A DNA stretch of 64,000 nt. Source: an uncultured Actinomycetota bacterium (GTDB lineage: Bacteria > Actinomycetota > Actinomycetes > JAHEKZ01). Positions 9,462-21,205 of the stretch are shown in pieces. The translations under genes and the position numbers were made by a program. The notes beneath the pieces were generated by a model. The model ran no database searches. It saw nothing but the letters and a program-made list of their open reading frames with translations, and was not told the origin of the DNA. The DNA is taken from the NCBI GenBank assembly GCA_963743915.1, contig CAVURN010000002.1, positions 224,001 through 288,000 of the forward strand, in the 5' to 3' direction. The stretch's first letter is position 1, and the number at the start of each line of letters is the position of its first letter.

Positions 9462-11994
9462 CGGCGCGCAGGACATCCAGGCGCGCCGCACGTCGAGCCG
9501 GCCAGAGCGCGGCAAGCGCCCCGACCACCAGGGCGATGACGAGGTAGAGCGCCAGCGACACCCACGGGATGGTCAGCACGTTGATGCCGAGGTCGGCGAC
9601 GGTCCGCTGCAGGGCGGTCGCGAACCCCACGCCGAGCGCCACCCCCAGGACCGCTCCGAAGAGCGCGATCACCATCGACTCCAGGACGATCATGCCGCGC
9701 ACCTGTCGCCGGCTGGTGCCGACGGCGCGCAACATTCCGATCTCGCGGGTCCGCTCGAGCACCGACAGGTACAAGGTGTTGACGATGCCGAGGATCGCGA
9801 TGATCACCGCCAGACCCAACAGCGCCACGATCACGGCCAGCACCTGGTTGACGCTCGACTGGATCTGCTCCTTGAGCTCGGCCTGGCTCTGCACGGTGAC
9901 GCCGGGGTAAGCGGCCAGGACATCCTCGATCTGGGACCGCAGTGCGTCGAGGTCGGCACCGTCGTCAGCCTTCACGTACAGAAAGGTGTCGCCGATCCGG
10001 ACGCCGGTCGACTCCAGGCCGTCGTTGGTCAGCACATAGCCCGAGAAGAATCCGGCGGGCTCGTAGATGCCGACCACGTCGAAGGAGCCCTTGCCGGTCG
10101 CAAAGGTGAAGTCGACGGTGTCGCCGACCACGAGGTCAGCACCCTCGGCAGTCGTGCTGTCGACCAGGACGCCATCCTCCCCGAGATCAGCCAGGGACCC
10201 ATCGGAGAACGTGAGGTCGACGACCTGGTCGAGGTTGGTCTGGTCGACTGCGGTGACGAACGTCGCCGCTGGCTCGCCCTCACCCGTGTCGGCCAGCCCT
10301 TCGGCGAAAGTCGTCCGGGAGACCACGCTCACGCCGTCGATCGGCTCGATCTCATCGGCGACAGCGCGAGGGAACGGGCGTTGCGTGTCGGTGCCGACGA
10401 TGAACTCTGCGCCGATGACCCGGTCGATGGCGGCGTTGAGCGAGTCAGTGGTCGAGGCGGCGAACACCGTCATCGCGCTGACCAGCGCCAAGCCGATCAT
10501 CAGCGCCGACGCCGTGGCGGCCGATCGACGGGGCTGGCGAGCCGCGTTGTCGACGGCGAGCCGCCCGACGGTCCCGAAGGTGCGGGGGAGAGGCCAGCCG
10601 ATGCCGCGGGACACAGGGGCGGTGAGCACGGCGCTGAAGATGATGACGCCGATCATGGTGAGGAAGACCCCAAGGCCCACCAGTGAGGCGCCGTTCGCTC
10701 CGGTCGTGGCCGCGCCGGCAACGAGCACGGTGACACCGAGCGCCAGGACGACGCCTCCCACGATCGCGCGCACCCGCAGCGACCGCTGCGGAATGGTGGC
10801 GTCGTCGCGAAGGGCGGCCACCGGGGGGATGCGAGACGCGCGGAAGGCGGGGAAGAGCGCAGCGACGACGGTGAAGGCGATGCCCGGCAGGACACCGACG
10901 AGGAACGAGCTCGCCTCGATGGCGAGCGGCGTGGTGCCGAGATCGAGCCCGAAGGCGCCGAACAACGCCTTGAGCGCAGCCACCACCCCGAACCCGAGCA
11001 GGCACCCGAGGGCGGCACCGACCGAGCCCACCACGAGTGCCTCGGCGAGCACCGACCGGATCACCTGCCCACGTGTGGCACCGACGGCCCGCAGCAGGGC
11101 CAGCTCACGCGTGCGCTGCGAGGTGAGCATCGAGAAGGTGTTCCAGATCAGGAAGGCACCCACGAAGAGGGCGATGAAGCCGAAGGCCGCCAGGAAGATG
11201 TTCAGGAACGCGAGGTCCTCGGTGAAGGACTCCGCGGCGTCGTCTGCGACCTCTTCGCCTGTGCGTACGGTCACGCCGGGACCAGTGACCTCACTGACCG
11301 CGGACGCGAGCTCGGCCTGGGAGACGTTCTCGTCGGCCACGACATCGATCTCGGTGAACGCGTCCTCGCCGTCGAGCAGGAGCTGCTGCGAGGTGGGGGT
11401 GTCGAAGGCGGCGATGGTCGCGCCCGCCAGGTTTCCGCTGGTGCCGAAGCGGAAGACACCGACCAGATCGGCCTCGACCTCACCGGTCGGGGTGACCAGC
11501 TGGACGGTGTCCCCGACGGACAGCTCGCCCGCCTCGGCCGAGACGGAGTCGATCGCCACCTGCCCGGCGGCGGTCGGCCCTTCGCCGTCGATCAACCGGT
11601 ACGGGGTCACGTCCTCGTCGTCGCTCCAGTTGCTGCCGAACTGGGGTGCGCCCGACTGGCCCACCGGTTCACCGTCGGACCCGACGATGGCGACGCCGTC
11701 GGCGAAGACCGCGCCCTCGGCCTTGGCGACTCCGGGCACCTCCAGCACGGTGTCGAGCAGGTCGGCGGGGAGGGTGAGCAGCTCACCCGCCTGTCCAGAT
11801 CCCTCGAAGTCGGACTCCGGCGTGACGACGACATCGGTCGTGGTCTGGGAGAACAGGTCGGTGAAGGTCCTGTTCAGCGTGTCGCTGAAGATGAAGGTGC
11901 CCACGATGAAGCCGACGCTCAGAGCGATGGCCAGCACGGACAGGACGAGCCGGAGCTTGTGGGCGACGAGGCTCCGCCAGGCGGCACGGAACAT
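9448..11994 (-). CDS. ABC transporter permease (FtsX/MacB-type, duplicated)
   Basis: Two RTRE(L/I)..LRAVG repeats, multiple TM segments, large extracytoplasmic domains. Confidence 0.9.
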   Translation of the reverse strand: MFRAAWRSLVAHKLRLVLSVLAIALSVGFIVGTFIFSDTLNRTFTDLFSQTTTDVVVTPESDFEGSGQAGELLTLPADLLDTVLEVPGVAKAEGAVFADGVAIVGSDGEPVGQSGAPQFGSNWSDDEDVTPYRLIDGEGPTAAGQVAIDSVSAEAGELSVGDTVQLVTPTGEVEADLVGVFRFGTSGNLAGATIAAFDTPTSQQLLLDGEDAFTEIDVVADENVSQAELASAVSEVTGPGVTVRTGEEVADDAAESFTEDLAFLNIFLAAFGFIALFVGAFLIWNTFSMLTSQRTRELALLRAVGATRGQVIRSVLAEALVVGSVGAALGCLLGFGVVAALKALFGAFGLDLGTTPLAIEASSFLVGVLPGIAFTVVAALFPAFRASRIPPVAALRDDATIPQRSLRVRAIVGGVVLALGVTVLVAGAATTGANGASLVGLGVFLTMIGVIIFSAVLTAPVSRGIGWPLPRTFGTVGRLAVDNAARQPRRSAATASALMIGLALVSAMTVFAASTTDSLNAAIDRVIGAEFIVGTDTQRPFPRAVADEIEPIDGVSVVSRTTFAEGLADTGEGEPAATFVTAVDQTNLDQVVDLTFSDGSLADLGEDGVLVDSTTAEGADLVVGDTVDFTFATGKGSFDVVGIYEPAGFFSGYVLTNDGLESTGVRIGDTFLYVKADDGADLDALRSQIEDVLAAYPGVTVQSQAELKEQIQSSVNQVLAVIVALLGLAVIIAILGIVNTLYLSVLERTREIGMLRAVGTSRRQVRGMIVLESMVIALFGAVLGVALGVGFATALQRTVADLGINVLTIPWVSLALYLVIALVVGALAALWPARRAARLDVLRAVTTE

Positions 11995-11997
11995 CGA

Positions 11998-12756
11998 CTA
12001 GGACCTCCGGCCCTTCGCGTCGAATCCCTTCATGCGCTCGAGCACCCGGTCCGCACTCGGGTCCTCCATGTCGTCGACGATCATGCCGTCGGCGAGGAAG
12101 ATCACGCGGTGCGCGTAGGACGCCGCGGTGGCGTCATGGGTGACCATGACGACGGTCTGGCCGTGGGTGTCCGCGCTGTCGCGGAGGAACGACAGCACCT
12201 CGGCGCCCGCCCGGGAGTCGAGGTTGCCGGTCGGCTCGTCGGCGAAGATGATCTCGGGACGGGTGACGAGCGCCCTGGCGGCAGCGACGCGCTGCTGCTG
12301 GCCGCCGGAGAGCTGGCTCGGCTTGTTGCGCAGGCGGTCGCGCAGACCCACCATGTCGATGATGCGGTCCAACCACTCCGGGTCAGGTTTGCGGCCGGCG
12401 ATGTCCAGCGGCAACGTGATGTTCTCGAGTGCCGTCAACGTGGGCACCAGGTTGTAGGCCTGGAAGATGAACCCGACCCGGTCGCGCCGCAAGCGGGTGA
12501 GGGCGGCGTCACCGAGGGTGGTGAGGTTGGTCTCACCGATGTGCACCGTGCCGGTCGTCGCAGCGTCCAGCCCCGCACACACGTGCATGAGCGTCGACTT
12601 GCCGGAACCGCTCGGGCCCATGATCGCGGTGAACCGGCCGGTGGCGAACGCGACCGAGACGCCGTCGAGGGCGCGCACCTCGGCCTCGCCCTCGCCGTAG
12701 ATCTTGCTCAGGTTCTCGGCGCGTGCGGCGGCGCCGGCAGTGGTGGTGACGGTCAT
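11998..12756 (-). CDS. ABC transporter ATP-binding protein (LolD/MacB-like)
   Basis: GPSGSGKS, LSGGQQQR, ADEPTGNLD and VTHD. Confidence 0.95.
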   Translation of the reverse strand: MTVTTTAGAAARAENLSKIYGEGEAEVRALDGVSVAFATGRFTAIMGPSGSGKSTLMHVCAGLDAATTGTVHIGETNLTTLGDAALTRLRRDRVGFIFQAYNLVPTLTALENITLPLDIAGRKPDPEWLDRIIDMVGLRDRLRNKPSQLSGGQQQRVAAARALVTRPEIIFADEPTGNLDSRAGAEVLSFLRDSADTHGQTVVMVTHDATAASYAHRVIFLADGMIVDDMEDPSADRVLERMKGFDAKGRRS

Positions 12757-12783
12757 GCGGGGAGCCTCCTTGACGAGTCGTGA

Positions 12784-13749
12784 TCACCCTAGGGGGAGGG
12801 CACGTCCGCAAGCCCTCAGGTATCGCCCTGACCCCACCCTGGGCCGCCCCTGGGCAGCGTCAGGGACGCAGGCCCCGGAGCCGACGGCGGCAGGGGGCAG
12901 GTCCGGCGGGAGCGGAGGTGGGGTGCCGCCGAACTCCGGGCACAGTGCCTGATGGGCGCACCAGTCACAGAGCCGGCTGCGGCGGGGGCGCCAGTCCCCG
13001 GAGTCGGTGGACCGCTGGATGGCCGCAGCCAGCGCGAGCAGCTTGCGCTCCATGGCCAGCAGGTCGTCGACGTCGGGCTCGTAGCGCACGAACTGACCGT
13101 CTCCGAGGTACATCAGCTGCAGGAGGCGTGGCACCTGCCCCTGCATCCGCCACAGAGCCAGCGCGTAGAAGCGCATCTGGAAGAGCGCCTTCTGCTCGAA
13201 GTCGACCCGCGGTGCACGTCCGGTCTTGTAGTCGACCACGCGCACCGCGCCGTCCGGTGCGACGTCGAGCCGGTCGACGTAGCCGCGCAGCACCAGACCG
13301 CTCTCGAGCTCGACCGTCAGCCCCATCTCGCGCTCGGCGGGCTGGAGCCGCTGCGGGTCCTCCATCGAGAAGTAGGTGGCCAGGAGTGCTTCGGTGCCCT
13401 CCAGCCACGCCGCAGCGAGTGACCCGTCCTGGTCGTCGGCGAAGACCTCGGCGAGTGACTCGTCGGCGTGCAGCAGCTCACGCCACACGGTCGGGACGAG
13501 CGCCGTCGCCGCCTCCAGCGACCGGTCGCGCGCAGGCAGGTCGAAGAGCTGCTCGAGAACCGCGTGGACCACCGTGCCCCGGGTGGCTGCCTGGCTCGGC
13601 GGCTCCGGGAGACGGTCGATCACCCGGAAGCGGTACAGGAGCGGACAGGTGAGGAAGTCGCCGGCGCGGGAGGGGCTCAGCGTCACACGGGCAGGGTCGG
13701 TCGGTTCCGCCGGCGGAGCGGGGAGCCCGAGGGACTGTGGAACTGCCAT
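12784..13749 (-). CDS. RecB-family PD-(D/E)XK exonuclease (Rv2119-like)
   Basis: LSPS..DFLTCPL, G.VDRLD, VVDYKTG, Q..FYAL and CDWC..CP Fe-S cysteines. Confidence 0.9.
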   Translation of the reverse strand: MAVPQSLGLPAPPAEPTDPARVTLSPSRAGDFLTCPLLYRFRVIDRLPEPPSQAATRGTVVHAVLEQLFDLPARDRSLEAATALVPTVWRELLHADESLAEVFADDQDGSLAAAWLEGTEALLATYFSMEDPQRLQPAEREMGLTVELESGLVLRGYVDRLDVAPDGAVRVVDYKTGRAPRVDFEQKALFQMRFYALALWRMQGQVPRLLQLMYLGDGQFVRYEPDVDDLLAMERKLLALAAAIQRSTDSGDWRPRRSRLCDWCAHQALCPEFGGTPPPLPPDLPPAAVGSGACVPDAAQGRPRVGSGRYLRACGRALPLG

Positions 13750-13755
13750 GGGTGC

Positions 13756-13777
13756 AGCGTAGGACGCAGGTCCGACA
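13756..13777 (-). promoter_or_regulatory. PafBC-dependent (RecA-NDp type) leaderless promoter of the RecB-family nuclease
   Basis: The minus strand reads TGTCGG-acctgcgtcc-TACGCT-gcaccc-ATG, matching TGTCGG-N10-TA-N3-T. Confidence 0.8.
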
Positions 13778-13808
13778 GACCCGCCGAAGCGCGCCCCCTA
13801 GGGTTCGG

Positions 13809-14920
13809 ATGGTGAGCACCTCCGCCCCGCCGGGGCTGTCCCTCGGACAGCCGTTCGGCGTGCCGCTGAGGCTCTCCTCCTCGTGGTTCCTCGGTGCCGC
13901 GATCATCGCGTGGATCATGGAGCCGCTCGTCCAGCGGTGGCTGCTGCTGGAGCCCCCGTGGTCGTGGGTGGTCGGGATCACCTTCGCCGTGCTGCTGGGA
14001 CTCTCCGTGCTCGCCCACGAGATGGCCCACGCCGTCGCCGCCCAGCGGTTCGGACTGCAGGTCCGGTCCATGACGATCCACCTCATCGGCGGGGTCACCG
14101 CCATGGAGGCTGAGACGCGGCGTCCGTGGGTCGACTTCGTGATCGCGGTCGTGGGTCCGCTCACCTCGCTGGTCGTGGGCGGGGTGGCCTGGGCGGCCTA
14201 CCTCGCGTCTCCCGAGGGAACCGTCTTCGCCTTCATCACGTGGCAGCTCATGGTCGCCAACCTCGTGGTCGGGGTCCTCAACCTCGTCCCCGCCCTCCCG
14301 CTCGACGGCGGTCGACTGCTCCGCGACGTGGTGTGGGCGCTGTCAGGTCGTGAGCACGTCGGCACCCTGGTCGCGGGGTGGACCGGCCGCGGCTTCGCCG
14401 CTCTCCTGGCCTTCCTGGCGGTCCTCCCGACCCTGCTGGGCAGCACCGACGTCATCTGGCTCGCCTGGGGGCTGCTGCTCGCCGTCTTCATCTGGGTGGA
14501 GGCGAGCCGGTCCCTGCAGGCGGTGGCGATCACGCGCAGCCTCGAGGCGCTGACCGTCGAGCGGCTGGTGCGTCCGGCTCTGCTCGTGCCCGAGCAGACA
14601 CCCGTCGACGTGGCACTGCAGCAGCTCGCCCTCAGCGGCCGCGGGGAGCTCGTGGTGACCGACCAGCAGGGCAGCGCCGTCGGCATCGTGCAGCGTGACG
14701 CCGTCGCAGCCGTGCCCGCCGATCGCCGTGGGCAGATGCCGGTGTCGGGTGCCGCCCGGTCGGCCTCCGAGCGCTCTGCGCTGCCGGCATCCCTGACGGG
14801 TCGTGAGCTCATCGCCCGCCTCAACGCCAGCCCGCAGGACGTGCATCTCGTCGTCGACGCGCACGGAACCGTCTACGGTGTGCTGGTCACTGCCGACGTC
14901 GAGGCCTACTTGAGGAGCAC

Positions 14921-14924
<4 letters not shown>
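13809..14924 (+). CDS. Site-2 (M50) metalloprotease with CBS-like C-terminus
   Basis: HEMAH zinc motif, NLVPALPLDGGR and TM helices. Confidence 0.9.
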
Positions 14925-15794
<870 letters not shown>

Positions 15795-15885
15795 CCATTC
15801 CGACACGCCGGGGTCGGTCCAGATGTGCGCCTCTCGTGCCGAGGGTTAGGGTCGAAAGACGTCTCGCACAACTCGGAGGTGTGCC

Positions 15886-17550
15886 ATGACGCACGAGGGT
15901 TCTGAGCAGGCTGGTACGGCGGCGCTCGGCGCCGGTGACGCCGCCGAGCTCCGTCGCGAGGTGGCCGCGCTCCAGGAGCGCAACATCCGCCTCACAGCCA
16001 CGCTGCACGAGGCGCGCGCACAGATCGTCAGCATGAAGGAGGAGATCGACCGGCTGGCCCAGCCACCCTCGGGCTACGGCGTCTTCCTCGAGGCACACGA
16101 CGACGGCACCGTCGACATCTTCACCACCGGCCGCAAGCTCCGCGTGGCGGTCAGCCCCGAGGTCGGGGCCGAGGATCTCCAGCACGGCCGCGAGGTCATG
16201 CTCAACGAGGCGATGAACGTCGTGCGGGTCATGGGCTTCGAGCAGGTGGGCGAGGTCGTGATGTTCAAGGAGCTGCTCGCGGACGGGCAGCGGGCCCTGG
16301 TGATCGGGCACACCGACGACGAGCGGATCGTGCGGCTCGCAGAGACGCTGCGCGATGTCCAGATCCGCGCCGGCGACTCATTGATGCTCGAGCCACGGTC
16401 CGGCTACGTGTTCGAGAAGATCCCGAAGTCCGAGGTCGAGGAGCTCGTCCTCGAGGAGGTCCCCGACATCGACTACGCCAGCATCGGTGGTCTCGCTGGT
16501 CAGATCGAGCTGATCCGGGACGCCGTCGAGCTGCCCTACATGCACCCGGACCTGTTCAAGGAGCACGACCTGCGGCCGCCGAAGGGCATCCTGCTCTACG
16601 GCCCGCCCGGATGCGGCAAGACTCTGATCGCCAAGGCGGTCGCGAACTCCCTGGCCAAGAAGGTCGCTGAGGTCACCGGTCGTCCCGAGGGCAAGTCCTT
16701 CTTCCTCAACATCAAGGGCCCGGAGCTGCTGAACAAGTACGTGGGCGAGACCGAGCGACACATCCGTCTGGTCTTCCAGAGGGCTCGCGAGAAGGCCAGC
16801 GAGGGCGTCCCGGTCATCGTCTTCTTCGACGAGATGGACTCTCTCTTCCGCACCCGCGGCTCCGGCGTCAGCTCCGACGTGGAGAACACGATCGTCCCGC
16901 AGCTGCTCAGCGAGATCGACGGCGTCGAGGGTCTCGAGAACGTCATCGTCATCGGAGCATCGAACCGCGAGGACATGATCGACCCCGCCATCCTTCGGCC
17001 CGGCCGGCTCGACGTGAAGATCAAGATCGAGCGTCCGGACGCCGAGGCAGCACGCGACATCTTCAGCAAGTACCTGCACACCGGCCTGCCGCTGCATGCC
17101 GACGACCTCGCTGAGCACGGTGGTGACCGCGCGGCGACCGCGGCAGCGATGATCCAGCGGGCGGTCGAGCGGATGTACACCGAGACCGAGGAGAACCGCT
17201 TCCTCGAGGTGACCTACGCCAACGGCGACAAGGAGGTCCTGTACTTCAAGGACTTCAACTCCGGAGCGATGATCGAGAACATCGTCGCGCGTGCCAAGAA
17301 GTACGCGATCAAGGACTTCCTCGAGCTCGATGCGAAGGGCATCCGCGTGCAGCACCTGTTGACGGCGTGCGTCGAGGAGTTCAAGGAGAACGAGGACCTG
17401 CCCAACACCACCAACCCCGACGACTGGGCCCGGATCAGCGGCAAGAAGGGCGAGCGGATCGTGTTCATCCGCACGCTCATCCAGGGCAAGCAGGGCACGG
17501 AGGCAGGCCGCTCGATCGAGTCGGTGGCCAACACCGGCCAGTACCTCTGA
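15886..17550 (+). CDS. arc: Proteasome ATPase ARC/Mpa
   Basis: N-terminal coiled coil, [14 protein letters not shown] and C-terminal GQYL. Confidence 0.97.
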   Translation: MTHEGSEQAGTAALGAGDAAELRREVAALQERNIRLTATLHEARAQIVSMKEEIDRLAQPPSGYGVFLEAHDDGTVDIFTTGRKLRVAVSPEVGAEDLQHGREVMLNEAMNVVRVMGFEQVGEVVMFKELLADGQRALVIGHTDDERIVRLAETLRDVQIRAGDSLMLEPRSGYVFEKIPKSEVEELVLEEVPDIDYASIGGLAGQIELIRDAVELPYMHPDLFKEHDLRPPKGILLYGPPGCGKTLIAKAVANSLAKKVAEVTGRPEGKSFFLNIKGPELLNKYVGETERHIRLVFQRAREKASEGVPVIVFFDEMDSLFRTRGSGVSSDVENTIVPQLLSEIDGVEGLENVIVIGASNREDMIDPAILRPGRLDVKIKIERPDAEAARDIFSKYLHTGLPLHADDLAEHGGDRAATAAAMIQRAVERMYTETEENRFLEVTYANGDKEVLYFKDFNSGAMIENIVARAKKYAIKDFLELDAKGIRVQHLLTACVEEFKENEDLPNTTNPDDWARISGKKGERIVFIRTLIQGKQGTEAGRSIESVANTGQYL

Positions 17551-17552
17551 GC

Positions 17553-18398
17553 TCAGACGGGGAAGACCCGGATCTCGGGCTTGCGGTCCTGCCGGACGTC
17601 CTCGAGGGCGCCGGCGACGACCGCACCTGTCACGAGCGCGAGCGAGAGCGCGTACAGCCAGGTGAAGATCCCGAAGGTGATGCCGATCGCCCCGAACCGG
17701 GACGCGTTGTCGATGATGATGGTCGGCAGCCACACCACGCTCCAGAGGGCCACGAGCATCAGACCGACCGAGGAGATCGCCCCGGCCGGAAGCGCGTGTC
17801 GCCACGTCAGCCGTCGCGCCAGCAGGAAGCGTGGAGTCCACCACATGAACAGGAACAGCGCGCCGTAGGTCGCGACCACCACGAGCACCGTCATCGTCGT
17901 TCCTTGGTCGTAGGCAAAGCTCCGCAGGGCGCCGCTCAGCACGAGGAAGGCGCCGAGGAGGCAGACCCACGAGACGCTTCTCCACTCCTGGCGCGCGGAG
18001 CCGCTCGGAAGGTCGTAGGCGCGTTCGTAGAGGTGGCGGACGCGCTTTCCGAACAGGTAGAGGGAGACCAGCAGGAAGAGCAACGACAGCGCGCCGACAC
18101 CGCTCGACTGCTCACCCAGCAGATCGTCGTCGAAGAGGACGCGGACCAGCTCGACCGACGCGCCGCTCAACCCGAGACGTCGAATCACCTCCTCTGCCAA
18201 CGTCGCGTCATCAGCGATCAACGACGTCAGGGCGATGACGAGCGGGATGAAGGCCACGAGCATCTGCGCAGCGATGGCCAGGGACCGGTCGAAGAACTCG
18301 AGGACCACGAACCGGCGGGCCAGGGCCAGTGCCATCCGCGCGTCCCAGCGACCGGCCTCCGCACGCTCCTGGACCCAGGCCACGCGTCCACCCATCAT
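17553..18398 (-). CDS. YihY/BrkB-like membrane protein
   Basis: About 6 TM segments with the FGAIGITFGIFTWLY pattern; TAGGAT-N7-ATG start. Confidence 0.65.
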   Translation of the reverse strand: MMGGRVAWVQERAEAGRWDARMALALARRFVVLEFFDRSLAIAAQMLVAFIPLVIALTSLIADDATLAEEVIRRLGLSGASVELVRVLFDDDLLGEQSSGVGALSLLFLLVSLYLFGKRVRHLYERAYDLPSGSARQEWRSVSWVCLLGAFLVLSGALRSFAYDQGTTMTVLVVVATYGALFLFMWWTPRFLLARRLTWRHALPAGAISSVGLMLVALWSVVWLPTIIIDNASRFGAIGITFGIFTWLYALSLALVTGAVVAGALEDVRQDRKPEIRVFPV

Positions 18399-18490
18399 GG
18401 CGCGGATCCTAGGAGCCGGTGAGGCAAGCGCTTGACGCGGCGCGCGGTGTAGCGGAGCTCATCACGCGCGCCACGGCCTAGGCTGACAGG

Positions 18491-20002
18491 GTGAGCACCC
18501 GGCGGGTGATGGGAATCGAGACCGAGTACGGCGTCGCCGTGCCCGGCGACCCGCATGCGAACCCGGTCCTGATCTCGTCGCAGATCGTCAACGGCTACGC
18601 GACGGGGGAGCCAGGACTCAGCCACGCCCGCTGGGACTACGAGGAGGAGAGTCCGCTCCGGGACGCACGCGGCTTCACCCTCGCGCGCGAGGCTGCCGAC
18701 GCCAGCCAGCTCACCGACGACGACCTCGGTATGGCCAACGTGATCCTCACCAACGGTGCCCGCCTGTACGTCGACCACGCCCACCCCGAGTACTCGAGCC
18801 CAGAAGTGACGAGTGCCCGTGATGCTGTCCTCTGGGACAAGGCAGGTGAGCAGGTCATGGCCCACGCGTCCCGTCGTGCGGCCCTGATCCCGGGCTCGTC
18901 GGCGATCAACCTCTACAAGAACAACACCGACAACAAAGGTGCCTCCTACGGGACGCACGAGAACTACCTGATGCGGCGCGACACACCGTTCCCCGAGATC
19001 GTCACGCACCTGACTCCGTTCTTCGTGACCCGCCAGGTGATCTGCGGACAAGGGCGCGTCGGGATCGGCCAGCAGGGTTCCGAACCCGGCTACCAGCTGA
19101 GCCAGCGCGCGGACTTCTTCGAGGTCGAGGTCGGTCTCGAGACGACGCTCAAGCGGCCGATCATCAACACACGCGACGAACCGCATGCCGACGCTGACAA
19201 GTATCGTCGCCTGCACGTCATCATCGGCGACGCCAACCTGGCAGAGGTCGCAAGCCTGCTCAAGGTCGGGACCACCGCGCTGGTGCTGGCCATGATCGAG
19301 GACCGGTTCCTCGACGGCTCGCTGCGGATCGCCAAACCGGTCCACGAGCTGCACGAGGTCTCGCACGATCCCGATCTCCGGCACCGCGTCCAGCTGAGTG
19401 ACGGACGTGTGATGACCGCCCTCGAGGTCCAGCGCGAGTACTGCGACCAGGCCCACAAGTTCGTCGAGGACCGGTTCGGCGCCGACGTCGACGGCGAGAC
19501 GGCCGACGTGCTGCGCAGGTGGGACCAGGTGCTCGACGCGCTGGCGCGCGACCCGCAGGAGCTGGTCGGCCAGCTGGACTGGGTCGCCAAGCGGCAGATC
19601 CTCGAGGGCTATCGGTCACGCGACGGCCTCGAGTGGTCCGATGCGCGCCTCCAGCTCGTCGACCTGCAGTACTCCGACGTGCGGCCGGACAAAGGGCTGT
19701 ACCACCGGCTCGCGGCCAGGGGCCGCTTCGAGCGCATCCTCACCGACGAGGAGATCCTGGACGCGGTGCACCAGGCCCCGGTCGACACGCGTGCCTGGTT
19801 CCGTGGGGAGTGCGTCCGACGCTACGGGGACCGCGTGGCGGCGGCGTCCTGGGACTCGGTGATCTTCGACATCCCGGGCCGGGTCTCCCTGCAGCGGGTG
19901 CCGATGCTCGAGCCGCTGCGAGGCACGCAGGCGCACGTCGGCGAGCTGCTCGACCGCTGCGAGACGGCCGCCGACCTGGTGGACATGTTGACCACTTCGT
20001 GA
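18491..20002 (+). CDS. dop: Pup deamidase/depupylase
   Basis: [41 protein letters not shown] and [10 protein letters not shown]. Confidence 0.96.
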   Translation: MSTRRVMGIETEYGVAVPGDPHANPVLISSQIVNGYATGEPGLSHARWDYEEESPLRDARGFTLAREAADASQLTDDDLGMANVILTNGARLYVDHAHPEYSSPEVTSARDAVLWDKAGEQVMAHASRRAALIPGSSAINLYKNNTDNKGASYGTHENYLMRRDTPFPEIVTHLTPFFVTRQVICGQGRVGIGQQGSEPGYQLSQRADFFEVEVGLETTLKRPIINTRDEPHADADKYRRLHVIIGDANLAEVASLLKVGTTALVLAMIEDRFLDGSLRIAKPVHELHEVSHDPDLRHRVQLSDGRVMTALEVQREYCDQAHKFVEDRFGADVDGETADVLRRWDQVLDALARDPQELVGQLDWVAKRQILEGYRSRDGLEWSDARLQLVDLQYSDVRPDKGLYHRLAARGRFERILTDEEILDAVHQAPVDTRAWFRGECVRRYGDRVAAASWDSVIFDIPGRVSLQRVPMLEPLRGTQAHVGELLDRCETAADLVDMLTTS

Positions 20003-20109
20003 CCCCTCACGGACGCGGTCAGGACGACTGACCGGCGCCACAGTGTTCAGGCCGCGCCTCGGGGGGTCGATCCGACTAGTGTCGGACGAGACGCAGGGAG
20101 GTGGCAGCG

Positions 20110-20316
20110 ATGAGCACACAGGAGAGCGGCGGCCAGAAGCACGCCGAGACCCGTACCGACGAGGTCGACGACGCCCCGGTCGAGACGACCGACGTCACCG
20201 AGCGGCACGAGGCGCTGAGCGAGGACGTCGACGCCATCCTCGACGAGATCGACGAGGTGCTGGAGGAGAACGCCGAGGAGTTCGTGCGAGCCTTCGTGCA
20301 GAAGGGCGGGGAGTGA
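20110..20316 (+). CDS. pup: Prokaryotic ubiquitin-like protein Pup (ends GGE)
   Basis: [28 protein letters not shown]. Confidence 0.97.
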   Translation: MSTQESGGQKHAETRTDEVDDAPVETTDVTERHEALSEDVDAILDEIDEVLEENAEEFVRAFVQKGGE

Positions 20317-20320
20317 CCAC

Positions 20321-21163
20321 GTGAGCTCGTCGGACAGCCACACCGCGCTGCCTGCGGCATTCCTGCGCCCAGGCAGTGCGTCGTTCACCGACTTCCTGGC
20401 CGACCACGCACCCAGTCTGCTGCCCGGGGGGAGCCACGAGCAGGGTCGCGCCGGTGACCTCGACGTCCCCCACGGGACGACGATCGTGGCGCTCACGTTC
20501 GCCGGAGGCGTCGTCATGGCCGGGGACCGTCGCGCGACGATGGGCAACATCATCGCGCAGCGCGACATCGAGAAGGTCTACCCCGCCGACGAGTACAGCG
20601 CCGTGGGGATCGCCGGCACCGCTGGTCTGGCGATCGAGCTGGTCCGTCTGCTGCAGGTCGAGCTCGAGCACTACGAGAAGATCGAAGGAACCACCCTTTC
20701 GCTCACCGGAAAGGCCAACCGGCTCGCCTCGATGATCCGCGGCAACCTCGGAATGGCCATGCAGGGCCTGGCCGTGGTCCCGCTCTTCGCCGGATACGAC
20801 CACGAGACGGCCGATGGACGGATCTTCAGCTACGACGTCACAGGTGGACGCTATGAGGAGCACTCGTTCCACGCGGTGGGCTCCGGCGGGTTCTTCGCCC
20901 GCGGGTCCCTGAAGAAGCTCTACCGCGACCAGATGGCCGAGCCGGACGCGGTGCTGGCGGCGGCGCAGGCGCTGTACGACGCGGCCGACGACGACTCGGC
21001 GACCGGCGGACCTGACCTCATGCGGGGCATCTATCCGGTGGTGGCGGTCGTGACCGCAGAAGGCTACCGCCGACTTCCCGACGACGAGGTGGGCGCCGTG
21101 GTCGCCCGTCTGGTCGCCGCACGGGCCGAGCGACCGGACGGGCCGGCCGCACCCCTGACCTGA
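20321..21163 (+). CDS. prcB: 20S proteasome beta subunit
   Basis: Propeptide then HG|TTIVA, GDRRAT and DDDSATGG. Confidence 0.97.
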   Translation: MSSSDSHTALPAAFLRPGSASFTDFLADHAPSLLPGGSHEQGRAGDLDVPHGTTIVALTFAGGVVMAGDRRATMGNIIAQRDIEKVYPADEYSAVGIAGTAGLAIELVRLLQVELEHYEKIEGTTLSLTGKANRLASMIRGNLGMAMQGLAVVPLFAGYDHETADGRIFSYDVTGGRYEEHSFHAVGSGGFFARGSLKKLYRDQMAEPDAVLAAAQALYDAADDDSATGGPDLMRGIYPVVAVVTAEGYRRLPDDEVGAVVARLVAARAERPDGPAAPLT

Positions 21164-21205
21164 CCATCCATCGTCCGCGCGCTGACCAGCTGAGAGGAAG
21201 CACCG

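Noticed and set aside
12784-13749. Cas4-like nuclease as a sign of a CRISPR system
   Set aside because: No cas1/cas2 and no repeat-spacer array; it is the conserved solo RecB-family gene of the proteasome neighbourhood.
20080-20100. TGTCGG upstream of pup as a PafBC promoter
   Set aside because: There is no TA-N3-T element at the required 10-nt spacing.
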